Source of the DNA: Nitrosopumilus sp.
GTDB lineage: Archaea; Thermoproteota; Nitrososphaeria; Nitrososphaerales; Nitrosopumilaceae
NCBI GenBank assembly: GCA_963662625.1
Contig: OY759726.1
Span: 1,184,001-1,248,000, forward strand
Direction of reading: 5' to 3'
Length of the DNA: 64,000 bases
Both the position numbers and the translations under genes were made by a program. The notes beneath the pieces are model-generated. The model did no database searches. It was not told the origin of the DNA and saw nothing but the letters and a program-made list of their open reading frames with translations. Below, piece after piece: positions 16,409 through 25,937 of this stretch (position 1 is the stretch's first letter; every line of letters begins with the position of its first letter).

Positions 16409-17468
16409 AGACCCTGCCGTATTCCTTCTGCGCCAGCTCCAAAAAGCACGCCGACGTGCTCCCGGTCTTGGCCATGGACGAGATGATCGTGCCGCCCGCC
16501 CCGGCGCCCTCCTTGACGTGCCCCTCGGAGAACGCCCTCAGTCCGGGAAACCTGGAGTCTTCCAGGCCGGGGTCCACCGCGATTGCCGGGATGTCGGCGA
16601 TCTCCGACACCATGCCCCTGATGTCGGCGCTCCGGTCGTCTAGTATGTACGATGTGGTGCCGAGCACGGTGTTTGACTCGTCAAATCCCACCTTCGACGC
16701 GAATGCCAGGACGGCGGCCATCTGGGTCCCGCCCGCCAGCATGACCTTGGACGCCGTGGACGCCGCGCTGAGCATGCCTGCGACGAACGCTATCATCGGG
16801 TCACCCACGTTCGCTACCACCTCGTAGGGGTTCGCGGCAGGCGACCTCTCCAGCGCCTCTTCGGCCACCCTGTTTTTCAGGGCCACGGGGTTGTCGGCCA
16901 TGCTGGAACTGACCCTCGCGTTGAACCCGAGCCCCCGCAACACAGCCAGGGCGGTGGTGGTCCCCCCCGGGATGCTCTCCCCTATCACCAGGCAGTCGGT
17001 CATGGATGCCAGCGTGCGGCCGACGATCCTGCCATAGTCTATCGCGTGGGACACCTCAGAGCCGGACATCGCGGCCTCCGCGGAGATGTTCTTCCCGCAG
17101 GCCAGCCCGGTGCTCACGTACGGCAGCTTCGGGGCAACCATGCTGCCCGCGTCGATCGCGACGTGGGGGATGCTCGATGACTCCAGGGCGGTCTTCGTCA
17201 GCAGGGCCGGCGTGGGCTTTCCGTCGGGGGTCACCGGGATCCCCCTGATGGTCTTGCAGCTGCCGTAGTAGAGGTACTCTGCGTCGGCAGCAGGAGTGAA
17301 CTTCATCGACTCCCGGTCCGCCCCGGCAAGAGTTATCCCGGGAATCTCGCAGGTCTCCGTGTAGGACATGACAAACGAGAACAGGAATCTCCCCTTCCTG
17401 GATCCCTCGACAAACTCCGAGGCCTTCTCCGAATCCCCAAAAAACGTGAAGTCGCCAAGACGGTCCAT
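16401..17468 (-). CDS. cobT: Archaeal nicotinate-mononucleotide-dependent phosphoribosyltransferase CobT
   Basis: TPAADAE, GESIPGGTTTA, LAGGTQM and VKEGAGAGG motifs. Confidence 0.88.
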   Translation of the reverse strand: MDRLGDFTFFGDSEKASEFVEGSRKGRFLFSFVMSYTETCEIPGITLAGADRESMKFTPAADAEYLYYGSCKTIRGIPVTPDGKPTPALLTKTALESSSIPHVAIDAGSMVAPKLPYVSTGLACGKNISAEAAMSGSEVSHAIDYGRIVGRTLASMTDCLVIGESIPGGTTTALAVLRGLGFNARVSSSMADNPVALKNRVAEEALERSPAANPYEVVANVGDPMIAFVAGMLSAASTASKVMLAGGTQMAAVLAFASKVGFDESNTVLGTTSYILDDRSADIRGMVSEIADIPAIAVDPGLEDSRFPGLRAFSEGHVKEGAGAGGTIISSMAKTGSTSACFLELAQKEYGRVFI

Positions 17469-17549
17469 CAGCCGTGTTTATGGGGGCCCGGGAGGTAAAA
17501 AACCTAGCCAATCACCGGATCGTTTCGGCCGGGTCCGCGGCCCGGCGCG

Positions 17550-18158
17550 TCACCCCAGGGCGCCGACAAACTCCTGCTCCGTGCGCCTCTGCAGTACTGG
17601 GTTTGACGCCTTCTCCTCGCCCATGGTGGAGGTTGCGGCGCGGCCGTAGTCGTGCCCGGGATAGAGCACGAGGCCGTCGTCAAGGGGGTACATGACGTCG
17701 AACAGGCTGTGGTACAGCTCCCTCGAGCTCCCGCCCGGGAGATCCACCCTGCCGCAGGTGCCCACGAACAGGGTGTCCCCGGAGAAGATCTTGCCGTCGC
17801 CCACCAGGCACATGCTGTCCTTGGAGTGGCCGGGGGTGTGCAGCACCTTCAGCCTCGAGTCCCCGAACTCGATCACGTCGCCGTCCCTGACCGAGATGTC
17901 GCGCTCCAGCTCCGAGGCCTCGTGCTGGATGATCTTCGCGCCCGTGGAAGCCGCCATCCCATCGTTTCCGAGCGTGTGGTCGAAATGGTGGTGCGTGTTG
18001 ACGACGTATTTCACCTTCAGGCCGTTGCGCATTATGACCCGCTCGATCTCGGGCAGGTCCCAGGACGGGTCTATGACTACCGCCTGGCCGGTACCCTCGT
18101 CTGCGACGACGTAGGTAAAGTTCTGCATGCCCCCGACCCGGACCTGATGCACCCTCAT
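17550..18158 (-). CDS. MBL-fold metallo-hydrolase (glyoxalase II-like)
   Basis: THHHFDH, HTPGH, FSGDTLF and PGHDY motifs. Confidence 0.92.
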   Translation of the reverse strand: MRVHQVRVGGMQNFTYVVADEGTGQAVVIDPSWDLPEIERVIMRNGLKVKYVVNTHHHFDHTLGNDGMAASTGAKIIQHEASELERDISVRDGDVIEFGDSRLKVLHTPGHSKDSMCLVGDGKIFSGDTLFVGTCGRVDLPGGSSRELYHSLFDVMYPLDDGLVLYPGHDYGRAATSTMGEEKASNPVLQRRTEQEFVGALG

Positions 18159-18802
18159 AGCACTCCCTCTTCCGCCTCGGGCGGGATGCCGATTTTTTCC
18201 ACCAGCAGCTCGCCCGTCAGGTCCCTCCTCCTCGGAATCCCGCGCTTCATCTTGTGGAACGTCACCGTCATGTCGGCCTTGACAAACACGTTTGCCGTCT
18301 CCCCCGTCTGCGGATCCAGGCCGGAAGGCACGTCTACTGCAAGCTTGAAACAACCCGCCTGGTTGACGTACCCTATCGCGGAGGCGTAGGGCTCCCTGAT
18401 CTCCCCCGCGATCCCGGTACCCAGCATGCCGTCCACGATCGCGTCAGGCCGGAGGTCGGCGCCGGGGGCCCCGCCGGGCACCAGCCTTACCGACGGCATC
18501 TTCTGCAGGATCGACCAGTTCCACCGGCTCTCCTCCGTCTTGATGTCCCCGGGCTGGCCCATGAGCACCACCGTGACCGCCGCGCCGTAGCCGGCCAGGT
18601 GGCGCGCCATCACCAGGCCGTCGCCCCCGTTGTTTCCCATCCCGGCAAAGACGAGGATGCTCTTGGAGCGGGGGTCGCCGAACCTCTCGACCATCCTCCC
18701 CACGGAGGCGGCGCCGGCGTTCTCCATCATGAACTTCTTCAGGAACCCCATGCGGTGCCCCCTGTCCTCGATCTGGTACATCTGGTCCACAGTGATCTCC
18801 AT
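18155..18802 (-). CDS. nnrE: NAD(P)H-hydrate epimerase (YjeF N-terminal domain)
   Basis: MENAG, GNNGGDG, DGMLGTG and AVDVPSG motifs. Confidence 0.92.
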   Translation of the reverse strand: MEITVDQMYQIEDRGHRMGFLKKFMMENAGAASVGRMVERFGDPRSKSILVFAGMGNNGGDGLVMARHLAGYGAAVTVVLMGQPGDIKTEESRWNWSILQKMPSVRLVPGGAPGADLRPDAIVDGMLGTGIAGEIREPYASAIGYVNQAGCFKLAVDVPSGLDPQTGETANVFVKADMTVTFHKMKRGIPRRRDLTGELLVEKIGIPPEAEEGVL

Positions 18803-18901
18803 GGGCTGGGATGGGACGGCGCGAGATAATAATTTATTGAAACACGCCGCGGCCGGCCCGCGCTGCAAACGGCTTTATCCTAGTTGGGCGCGCCACTAGG
18901 C

Positions 18902-19516
18902 ATGACCATGAAAGCCGCAAGGTCGTCCCTAGACAGGATTTCAAGATCGCTGTCAAAAACCCAGGACGACAGGGAGTTCCTGCTGAGGAACACGCGGGAG
19001 ATAATCGCCGCGTGCGGCAGGTCGATAATCTCGACGCACAGGGGCGACTCCAAGTCCGCAAAGGCGAGCCTCGGGCGCGCCGGCGCGCTGCTGGAGAAAT
19101 ACAGGGCAAAGGCGGCCGGGGACCTGAAGCGGTACATGATCACCCCGGAGCAGGAATACGTCGAGGCGGCGTGCCTGATCTCGATCGCGGAAAAAAAACC
19201 GATCCCGTCGGACAAGAAGCTGAACGTGATGCCGGAGGCGTACGTCCTCGGCCTGCTGGACTGCGTGGGCGAGATGAAGCGGATGGTCTTCGACCAGATC
19301 AGGGCGGGGGACGTCGGGGAGGCCTCCAGGGTCTTTGACGTCATGGAAAACCTGTACCTTGCCCTGTACCCGTTCGCGGCGTATGACAAGGTGCTCAAGG
19401 ACGCCAGGAGGAAGACCGACGTTGATCGGATCCTCGTCGACGACGCGAGGGGGGCGATCACGGAGGAGGCCAGGCGCTCCGAGCTGATCAGGGCCATGGG
19501 CGGGATCGGCGGGTAG
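18902..19516 (+). CDS. Translin-family RNA-binding protein
   Basis: QEYVEA and YVLGLLDCVGEMKR motifs. Confidence 0.85.
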   Translation: MTMKAARSSLDRISRSLSKTQDDREFLLRNTREIIAACGRSIISTHRGDSKSAKASLGRAGALLEKYRAKAAGDLKRYMITPEQEYVEAACLISIAEKKPIPSDKKLNVMPEAYVLGLLDCVGEMKRMVFDQIRAGDVGEASRVFDVMENLYLALYPFAAYDKVLKDARRKTDVDRILVDDARGAITEEARRSELIRAMGGIGG

Positions 19517-19530
19517 CAGGTGTGGGTGTG

Positions 19531-19615
19531 TGCGGGCGATGGGATTTGAACCCACGAACTCCTGAGAGACTAGCCCCTCAAGCTAGCGCCTTTGGCCAGG
19601 CTGGGCAACGCCCGC
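19531..19615 (-). tRNA. tRNA-Leu(GAG)
   Basis: GCGGGCG acceptor stem, CTAGC-TT-GAG-GG-GCTAG anticodon arm, long variable arm, GTGGG-TTCAAAT-CCCAT T arm; no intron and no encoded CCA. Confidence 0.96.
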
Positions 19616-19667
19616 AACTAGTGTGCCTTGCATGGTTTTTATAATCCTTGGTCGCCCCTTCGTTCGT

Positions 19668-19904
19668 ATGCTGATTCCGGTAAGATGTTTCACCTGCGGG
19701 AACCTGATAGCGGACAAGCATGAGGACTATCAAAGCAGGGTAAAGGCGGGCGAGGATCCCGCCGCGGTGCTGGATTCCCTGCAGATCAGCAGGTATTGCT
19801 GCCGCAGGATGCTGCTGTCTACCGTGGAGACCATCCAGCAGGTCATCCCGTTCTACGAGGCGATACACAGGAGACGGCAGGAAGTCCTGTCTGAGCTAGA
19901 ATAG
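19668..19904 (+). CDS. rpoN: DNA-directed RNA polymerase subunit N (Rpo10)
   Basis: [11 protein letters not shown]...RYCCRRMLL. Confidence 0.97.
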   Translation: MLIPVRCFTCGNLIADKHEDYQSRVKAGEDPAAVLDSLQISRYCCRRMLLSTVETIQQVIPFYEAIHRRRQEVLSELE

Positions 19905-19905
19905 A

Positions 19906-21144
19906 TTGCCAAGGATAACCTCCGTCGACGGGCGCATTTTATACAACAGCAGGGGGGGCAGGACCGTCGAGGTTGACGTGACCGCCGACGGCGCCCACCT
20001 GGGCAGGGTCTGCGCGCCTTCGGGCGCCAGCGTGGGCAGGCACGAGGCGGTGAGTTTTCCCAACGGCAGGCCGGAAGACGGGCTGAGGATCCTGAGGGAA
20101 AACTCGCAGAGGTTCGTGGGGCTGGAACCGTCCGACCTAAAGTCCGTCCACGACGCCCTGCGGTGCATCGACCAGACCCCCGACTATTCGAAGATCGGCG
20201 GGGCGCTGGCGTTCGCGGTGACGATCGCGTCGATGGAGTCGGCCTCCAGGGAGTCCGGCCGGCCGCTGTTCCAGATGCTGTCGCCGGAGGCGCGTTTCAG
20301 GTTCCCCTTCCCGCTGGGGAACATCCTGGGCGGGGGGGCCCACGCGGGGCCGGGCACCCCGGACATACAGGAGATACTGGTATGCGCGACGGGAGCCGGG
20401 ACGGTCGTGGAGGCGATCGAGACGAACCTGTCGGTGCACGGGGAGCTCCGGCGGGTACTGGAGAGGGAAGACCCGGGGTTTACTAACGGCAGGGGGGACG
20501 AGGGCGGCTGGGCGCCGAAGCTGGACAACGAGAGGGCCCTGGAACTGTCTGCCAAGGCGTGCGAGAACCTGGGCTTCACGCTGGGAAAGGAGGTGTCCCT
20601 CGGCGTGGACTTTGCGTCGTCGACGCAGTGGAACGAGGCCAGGCAGACCTACGAGTACCGCAGGGCCGGCTTTGAGAACTCGCCGGCAGAGCAGATCGAG
20701 TTCGCCTCCAGGCTTATCCGCGACTACAAGCTGGCCTACGCGGAGGACGCCGTCCACGAGGAGGCGTTCGAGGACATGGCCGAGCTGACCTCGAGGTTCC
20801 CTGACACGCTGGTCACGGGCGACGACCTCACGGTGACGAACACGGGAATACTGAAGAAGGCGATCGGGTCAAAGTCGTGCAACGCCGCGATCCTGAAGGT
20901 AAACCAGGCGGGGAGCCTGTACGACGCGCTGGAGTTCGCGGGCGAGGCAAACTCCCACGGCATCGGGCTCGTCACGTCGCACAGGTCAGGCGAGTCTACC
21001 GACTCCCACATCTCCCACATCGGCCTGGCCACCGGCTCTAAGATGCTCAAGGTGGGCATAGTGGGGGGGGAGCGGGTGGCAAAGATAAACGAGCTGGTGC
21101 GCCTCTCAGAGCATGATTTAATATGCGGTATGGCAGAGGTTTAG
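19906..21144 (+). CDS. eno: Enolase
   Basis: APSGAS, GDEGG, LKVNQAG and SHRSGE motifs. Confidence 0.95.
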   Translation: MPRITSVDGRILYNSRGGRTVEVDVTADGAHLGRVCAPSGASVGRHEAVSFPNGRPEDGLRILRENSQRFVGLEPSDLKSVHDALRCIDQTPDYSKIGGALAFAVTIASMESASRESGRPLFQMLSPEARFRFPFPLGNILGGGAHAGPGTPDIQEILVCATGAGTVVEAIETNLSVHGELRRVLEREDPGFTNGRGDEGGWAPKLDNERALELSAKACENLGFTLGKEVSLGVDFASSTQWNEARQTYEYRRAGFENSPAEQIEFASRLIRDYKLAYAEDAVHEEAFEDMAELTSRFPDTLVTGDDLTVTNTGILKKAIGSKSCNAAILKVNQAGSLYDALEFAGEANSHGIGLVTSHRSGESTDSHISHIGLATGSKMLKVGIVGGERVAKINELVRLSEHDLICGMAEV

Positions 21145-21151
21145 AATCGCC

Positions 21152-21775
21152 ATGAGTCAGCAGGCAGAAACGACCGACATCAAAAAAAGGGTGCTCTCCA
21201 CCGGCATCAGGGTGGGGACGCAGGTCAAGACCAAGTTCATGAGGCAGTTCATAACAAAGGCCAGCCCGGAGGGGCTGTACATGCTCGACCTGGACATCAC
21301 CATGGAGAGGATCAAGACCGCCGCCAGGTTCATCAACCGCCTCGGGCCGGAAAGGCTGATCATCTGCTCGGGCAGGCAGTACGCGAACACCCCCATCGAG
21401 AAGTTCTGCGAAATGCTGGGCTCCACAAAGTCGCTGGGCAGGTTCATGCCCGGCACCCTGACAAACCCCTCGCTGCCGTACTACAAGGAACCGAAGCTGG
21501 TGCTGATCTCCGACCCGCAGATCGACGGGCAGTCGATCACGGAGGCGACGAACGCGGGCATACCTGTCATCGGGATTGCAAACACCGACAACATAACGTC
21601 AAAACTCGACGTGATAATCCCAGCAAACAACAGGGGCAGGAAGGCCCTTGCCACCATCTACTGGCTCCTCGCACGCCAGATCCTCATCGAGAGGGGGGAC
21701 CTGAAGGAAGACGAGCCGATGAAGTACGAGATAGACGACTTTGAGACCAAGATAACCGAAGAGGAACCCGAGTGA
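21152..21775 (+). CDS. rps2: 30S ribosomal protein uS2
   Basis: GRFMPGTLTNP and IPANNRG motifs. Confidence 0.97.
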   Translation: MSQQAETTDIKKRVLSTGIRVGTQVKTKFMRQFITKASPEGLYMLDLDITMERIKTAARFINRLGPERLIICSGRQYANTPIEKFCEMLGSTKSLGRFMPGTLTNPSLPYYKEPKLVLISDPQIDGQSITEATNAGIPVIGIANTDNITSKLDVIIPANNRGRKALATIYWLLARQILIERGDLKEDEPMKYEIDDFETKITEEEPE

Positions 21776-22605
21776 TGCGGGTTAGGACGCCGGCGGTGGC
21801 CGGGATGTTCTACCCGGGGGAAAGAGGCGAACTGGAGCGGTCCATCCGCGGGTGCTTCCTGCACAGGCTGGGGCCTGGCAGTGCCCCCGGGCCGCGCACC
21901 CGCAAGATTTTCGGCGCGGTATGCCCGCACGCGGGATACGCGTACTCCGGGCCGGTGGCAAGCCACGCCTTCCGCGCGATCTCCCCGGACGTCCCGGAGC
22001 TGTTCGTCATAGTGGGCCCCAACCACTGGGGGATCGGGCGCGACCTGGCAACCATGATGGACTGCGCGTGGAGGACGCCGCTGGGAGACGTCGAGGTGGA
22101 CTCGGAGGCGGCCGGGGAGATCTCCGAGTCGTCCGGCGTGGTGGACGTGGACTATTTTTCCCACGCGCGGGAGCACAGCATAGAGGTGCAGCTGCCCATG
22201 ATCCAGGACATGGCGCGCGACCCCAAGATCGTCCCCATATCGATGATCAGCCAGGACAGGGATTCTGCAAGCGCCGTGGGCCTGGCAATCGCGGGCGCGG
22301 CAGCGGCAAGGGATGCCGTGGTGATAGGATCGTCGGACTTTACGCATTATGAGCCAAACGACCTGGCGTACGAGCAGGACACGGCGCTGATCGATCCGAT
22401 CCTGAGGCTGGACGTCGGCGGGTTTTACCGCGTCCTGGGCGACAGGAAGGTCAGCGCCTGCGGCTACGGCGCGATCGCCTCCACCATGGTAGCGTGCAAG
22501 AAGCTCGGGGCGACCCGGGGGGATCTGCTGAAATACGCCACGAGCGGAGACGTCACGGGGGACATGAGTTCGGTAGTGGGATACGGGTCCATAGTGTTCA
22601 CTTGA
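21775..22605 (+). CDS. MEMO1/AmmeMemoRadiSam protein B family
   Basis: PAVAGMFYP, PHAGYAYSG, EHSIEVQLP and SSDFTHY motifs. Confidence 0.93.
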   Translation: MRVRTPAVAGMFYPGERGELERSIRGCFLHRLGPGSAPGPRTRKIFGAVCPHAGYAYSGPVASHAFRAISPDVPELFVIVGPNHWGIGRDLATMMDCAWRTPLGDVEVDSEAAGEISESSGVVDVDYFSHAREHSIEVQLPMIQDMARDPKIVPISMISQDRDSASAVGLAIAGAAAARDAVVIGSSDFTHYEPNDLAYEQDTALIDPILRLDVGGFYRVLGDRKVSACGYGAIASTMVACKKLGATRGDLLKYATSGDVTGDMSSVVGYGSIVFT

Positions 22606-23549
22606 GATCCAAGGCGTCGGCGCCCGGAAAGGTGATCCTGTTCGGGGAGCATTTCGTGGTGTACGGCGTCCAGGCGGTGCTGTGCGCGATAGACAGGCGG
22701 ATCACGGTCTCCGCCGAGACGACCCCCGGAGGCACGGTATCGATCAGGTCGGGCGTCGGCACGCTCTCGGCCGGCCCCGCGACGGGCTTGGGGGACGTGG
22801 ACCCGCCGCTGCGGCCCCTGTTTTACCTGGCAAGGAGGATCTCAGAGGAGCACGGCCACGGAGGGGGCGTTTCGCTGGACGTAGAGTCAGAGCTCCCGCC
22901 AGGGGCGGGCCTGGGATCGTCGTCGGCCGCCTGCGTGGCGGGCGCGGCGGCGGTATCGGGGCTGTTCGGGGAGCCCGACAGGGAGGAGGTGCTGGGGCTG
23001 GCAATCGAGGCGGAGAGGACCGCCTACCCTGCCTCTTCTGGCGCGGACTGCACGGTGTGCACGCACGGCGGGATCATGAGGTATTCCCGGGAGGGCGGGT
23101 TCTCGAGGGTGGTGCCGGCGCCGGGCTTCAGGCTGGTCGTCGCGAGCTCGGGCGCGGAACACTCCACGGCAGACATGGTGTCGGCCGTGAGGGGGTTCAG
23201 GGAGAGGAACGCGGAGCGGTTCTCGGAGATGTGCGGCGCCGAGGGCAGGCTGGTGGAGTCTGCGCTGCGCCTGATCGCGGAGAACGACCTGGCTGGGCTG
23301 GGAAGGTGCGTGACGGAGAACCAGGGGATGCTCGAGGAGATGGGCGTCTCAAGCGAGAGGCTGGGGGAGATGGTGGCAGTCGCAAACGAGACGTCGTTTG
23401 GCGGCAAGATAACCGGCGCCGGGGGAGGCGGGTGCATATTCGCGCTAAGCGACGAGGCAGGCGTGCGGGACGCCGTCAGGGGGTTCCGGGAAAGGGGGAT
23501 AGACTGCTTTCCCACGGGGATCGACTTTGACGGACTGAATACTTTTTAA
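22602..23549 (+). CDS. mvk: Mevalonate kinase
   Basis: APGKVILFGEH, PPGAGLGSSSA and KITGAGGGG motifs. Confidence 0.95.
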   Translation: MRSKASAPGKVILFGEHFVVYGVQAVLCAIDRRITVSAETTPGGTVSIRSGVGTLSAGPATGLGDVDPPLRPLFYLARRISEEHGHGGGVSLDVESELPPGAGLGSSSAACVAGAAAVSGLFGEPDREEVLGLAIEAERTAYPASSGADCTVCTHGGIMRYSREGGFSRVVPAPGFRLVVASSGAEHSTADMVSAVRGFRERNAERFSEMCGAEGRLVESALRLIAENDLAGLGRCVTENQGMLEEMGVSSERLGEMVAVANETSFGGKITGAGGGGCIFALSDEAGVRDAVRGFRERGIDCFPTGIDFDGLNTF

Positions 23550-23572
23550 TTGACTCGGTATTTCTGGACAAC

Positions 23573-24325
23573 ATGATCCTGCTGAAACTGGGGGGCTCGG
23601 TCATCACAAACAAGGCCAGGCCCCTCTCGCCGAGGAGGAAGGCCGTGGACGGGCTGGCCTGGTGCCTGGGGAGGATCGGCGAGCCGGTGGTAGTGGTACA
23701 CGGAGGGGGCTCCTACGGGCACCACTGGTCCGTGAAATACGACATGCACACGAAGCCAAAGAAATACGCCGCGAGGGGGGTGGCAGTGGTGAAGACCTCC
23801 ATGGTGGAGCTCAACAGGATCGTCCTGAACGCCATGCTGAGGAACGGCCTGAACCCGTACTGCCTCCCGCCGACCGACTTCATGCACGGCGGAACGCCGG
23901 TGGAGGAAAAGATCAGGGAGATCGGGAGGATCGCCAGGTCCGGCCTGATCCCAGTGACGTTCGGGGACGCGCTGTGGCACGGCCGGAACAGGACGTACAT
24001 ACTGTCGGGGGACAGGATCATGACCCACCTGGCCGGGGTCCTGAAGCCGAGGCTGTGCGTCTTCGCGCTGAACGAGGACGGCCTGTACGACGATCTCGGC
24101 TCGAAGAGGCTGGTCCGGGAGTTCAGGGGAGGGGGGCACACGGCCCGGGAGAGCCCGGCGGACGTGACGGGGGGGATGGCGCGCAAGGTGGAGGAGGCCA
24201 CCCGGATCTCGGGGGGCGGCACCAAGGTGTTCTTCGCCAACGGGTTCAGGCCGGAAAGGATCGTGAATGCAGTTAAAAACAACAGGTTTGAGGGAACCTT
24301 GTTCAGGGGAATGAGGCATGGCTGA
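23573..24325 (+). CDS. ipk: Isopentenyl phosphate kinase
   Basis: LKLGGSVIT, HGGGSYGH and DVTGGM motifs; operon context. Confidence 0.92.
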   Translation: MILLKLGGSVITNKARPLSPRRKAVDGLAWCLGRIGEPVVVVHGGGSYGHHWSVKYDMHTKPKKYAARGVAVVKTSMVELNRIVLNAMLRNGLNPYCLPPTDFMHGGTPVEEKIREIGRIARSGLIPVTFGDALWHGRNRTYILSGDRIMTHLAGVLKPRLCVFALNEDGLYDDLGSKRLVREFRGGGHTARESPADVTGGMARKVEEATRISGGGTKVFFANGFRPERIVNAVKNNRFEGTLFRGMRHG

Positions 24326-24959
24326 GGAATACGTCATACTGGTCGACGAGGACGACAACCCCGTGGGGCTGGAGGAGAAGGTGAGGTGCCACCTGCCCGA
24401 CGGCAAGCTGCACCGGGCGTTCACCGCGCTGATCTTCGACGGGGACGGCAACCTGCTGCTGACCCGGAGGGCCAGAGAGAAGATGTTGTGGCCCGGGGAC
24501 TGGGACGGGACGGTGGCCAGCCACCCGAGGGAGTCCGAGACGTACGCCTCCTCGGCCGAAAGGAGGCTACCGGAGGAGCTGGGAATCTCGTGCCCCATGG
24601 ACTACCTGATGAAGTTCGAGTACCACGCGCCGTACGGGGACGTGGGCTCCGAAAACGAGATCTGCGGCACGCTGATTGGCGTGGTGGGGGACGGCACGCG
24701 GGTCATGCCCGTCCGGGGGGAGATAGACGAGACCCGGTGGGTCTCGGCCCCCACGCTGGCGCGGGAATTGGAGGCGGCCCCGCGGGACTACTGCCCGTGG
24801 ATGCTGATCGCGCTGGCCCTGCTCGGCAAGTCGGAGGGCGGGGCGCTGGAAAGGCACGAGGGCGTCCTGCGCCAATGGCTGGACAGCGTCGTGGCCGACG
24901 CGCTTCCCGGGGCGATACGCTCGCACCTGCCGGACGACCGGTGGAGGATCGCCCGATGA
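24318..24959 (+). CDS. idi: Isopentenyl-diphosphate delta-isomerase, type 1 (Nudix fold)
   Basis: LHRAF, WPGDW...ASHP, RRLPEELGI and ENEIC motifs. Confidence 0.92.
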   Translation: MAEEYVILVDEDDNPVGLEEKVRCHLPDGKLHRAFTALIFDGDGNLLLTRRAREKMLWPGDWDGTVASHPRESETYASSAERRLPEELGISCPMDYLMKFEYHAPYGDVGSENEICGTLIGVVGDGTRVMPVRGEIDETRWVSAPTLARELEAAPRDYCPWMLIALALLGKSEGGALERHEGVLRQWLDSVVADALPGAIRSHLPDDRWRIAR

Positions 24960-25936
24960 GCGGGACCGGGGGGATCCGGGATAACGCAAGGGCGGTGAAC
25001 CGGTACCTCGGCGAGACGCTGAGCGGGAGCCCGAGGGAGCTTTACGACGCGGCTGGCCACCTCATCGCGAACGGCGGGAAGAGGCTTAGGCCGTACATGG
25101 TAGTCAAGAGCTGCCAGATCCTGGGCGGAAGGAAGTCGGACGCGATGCCCGCCGCCGGCGCAGTCGAGATGGTTCACAACTTCACGCTGGTCCACGACGA
25201 CATCATGGACAACGACGACGTGCGGCACGGGGTCCCGACGGTGCACAGGAAGTTCGGGATGCCGGTGGCGATACTTGCAGGGGACGTCCTGTTCTCGAAG
25301 GCCTACCGGGACATCGCGGGATCCGGCCTGCCCGCGGAGGCGGTCGTGCGGCTGGTCGCCAGGCTGGCCGCAGCCTGCGTGGACGTCTGCGAGGGCCAGC
25401 TGCTGGACATCAGGATGGCCGACGAAAAAAAACTCCCCTCGCAGCGGCGGTACGTCACCATGGTCCGCAAGAAGACCGCGGCCCTGTTCGAGGTGTCCTG
25501 CTCCATGGGGGCGATCTGCGCGGCGGGAAGCCCGCGGGACGTGGGGAACATGGCCTCGTTCGGGAGGAACCTGGGGATAGCATTCCAGATCACCGACGAC
25601 CTCATCGGGGTGATGGGGGACCCGAAGATCACGAAAAAACCCGTCGGCAACGACATCCGCGAGGGGAAAAAATCGCTCCCGATCCTCATGGCGGTGAGGC
25701 GGTCAGGCGGCAAGGACAGGGAGGCCATACTGGGGGCGTTTGGCAACCCGGGCGCGTCGCAGGACGAGCTCGAGAGGGCGGTGGGGGCCATACGCAGGCT
25801 GGGCATCGAGCAGGACGTGAGGGACGAGGCGCTAAAGTACGCCTCCAAGGCCGAAGGGTCGCTGGCGGGGTACTCCGGCCCGGCAAGGGACGGCCTGGCG
25901 GCGCTGCTGGATTTCGTGGTAAGAAGGAGCCTGTGA
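24956..25936 (+). CDS. Polyprenyl (geranylgeranyl) diphosphate synthase
   Basis: GGKRLRP, HDDIMD (FARM) and FQITDD motifs. Confidence 0.95.
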   Translation: MSGTGGIRDNARAVNRYLGETLSGSPRELYDAAGHLIANGGKRLRPYMVVKSCQILGGRKSDAMPAAGAVEMVHNFTLVHDDIMDNDDVRHGVPTVHRKFGMPVAILAGDVLFSKAYRDIAGSGLPAEAVVRLVARLAAACVDVCEGQLLDIRMADEKKLPSQRRYVTMVRKKTAALFEVSCSMGAICAAGSPRDVGNMASFGRNLGIAFQITDDLIGVMGDPKITKKPVGNDIREGKKSLPILMAVRRSGGKDREAILGAFGNPGASQDELERAVGAIRRLGIEQDVRDEALKYASKAEGSLAGYSGPARDGLAALLDFVVRRSL

Positions 25937-25937
25937 C

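Noticed and set aside
24318-24959. Type-1 IDI in an archaeon as a novelty
   Set aside because: It sits in the conserved mvk-ipk-idi-GGPPS operon, and type-1 IDI is known from some archaea including this group
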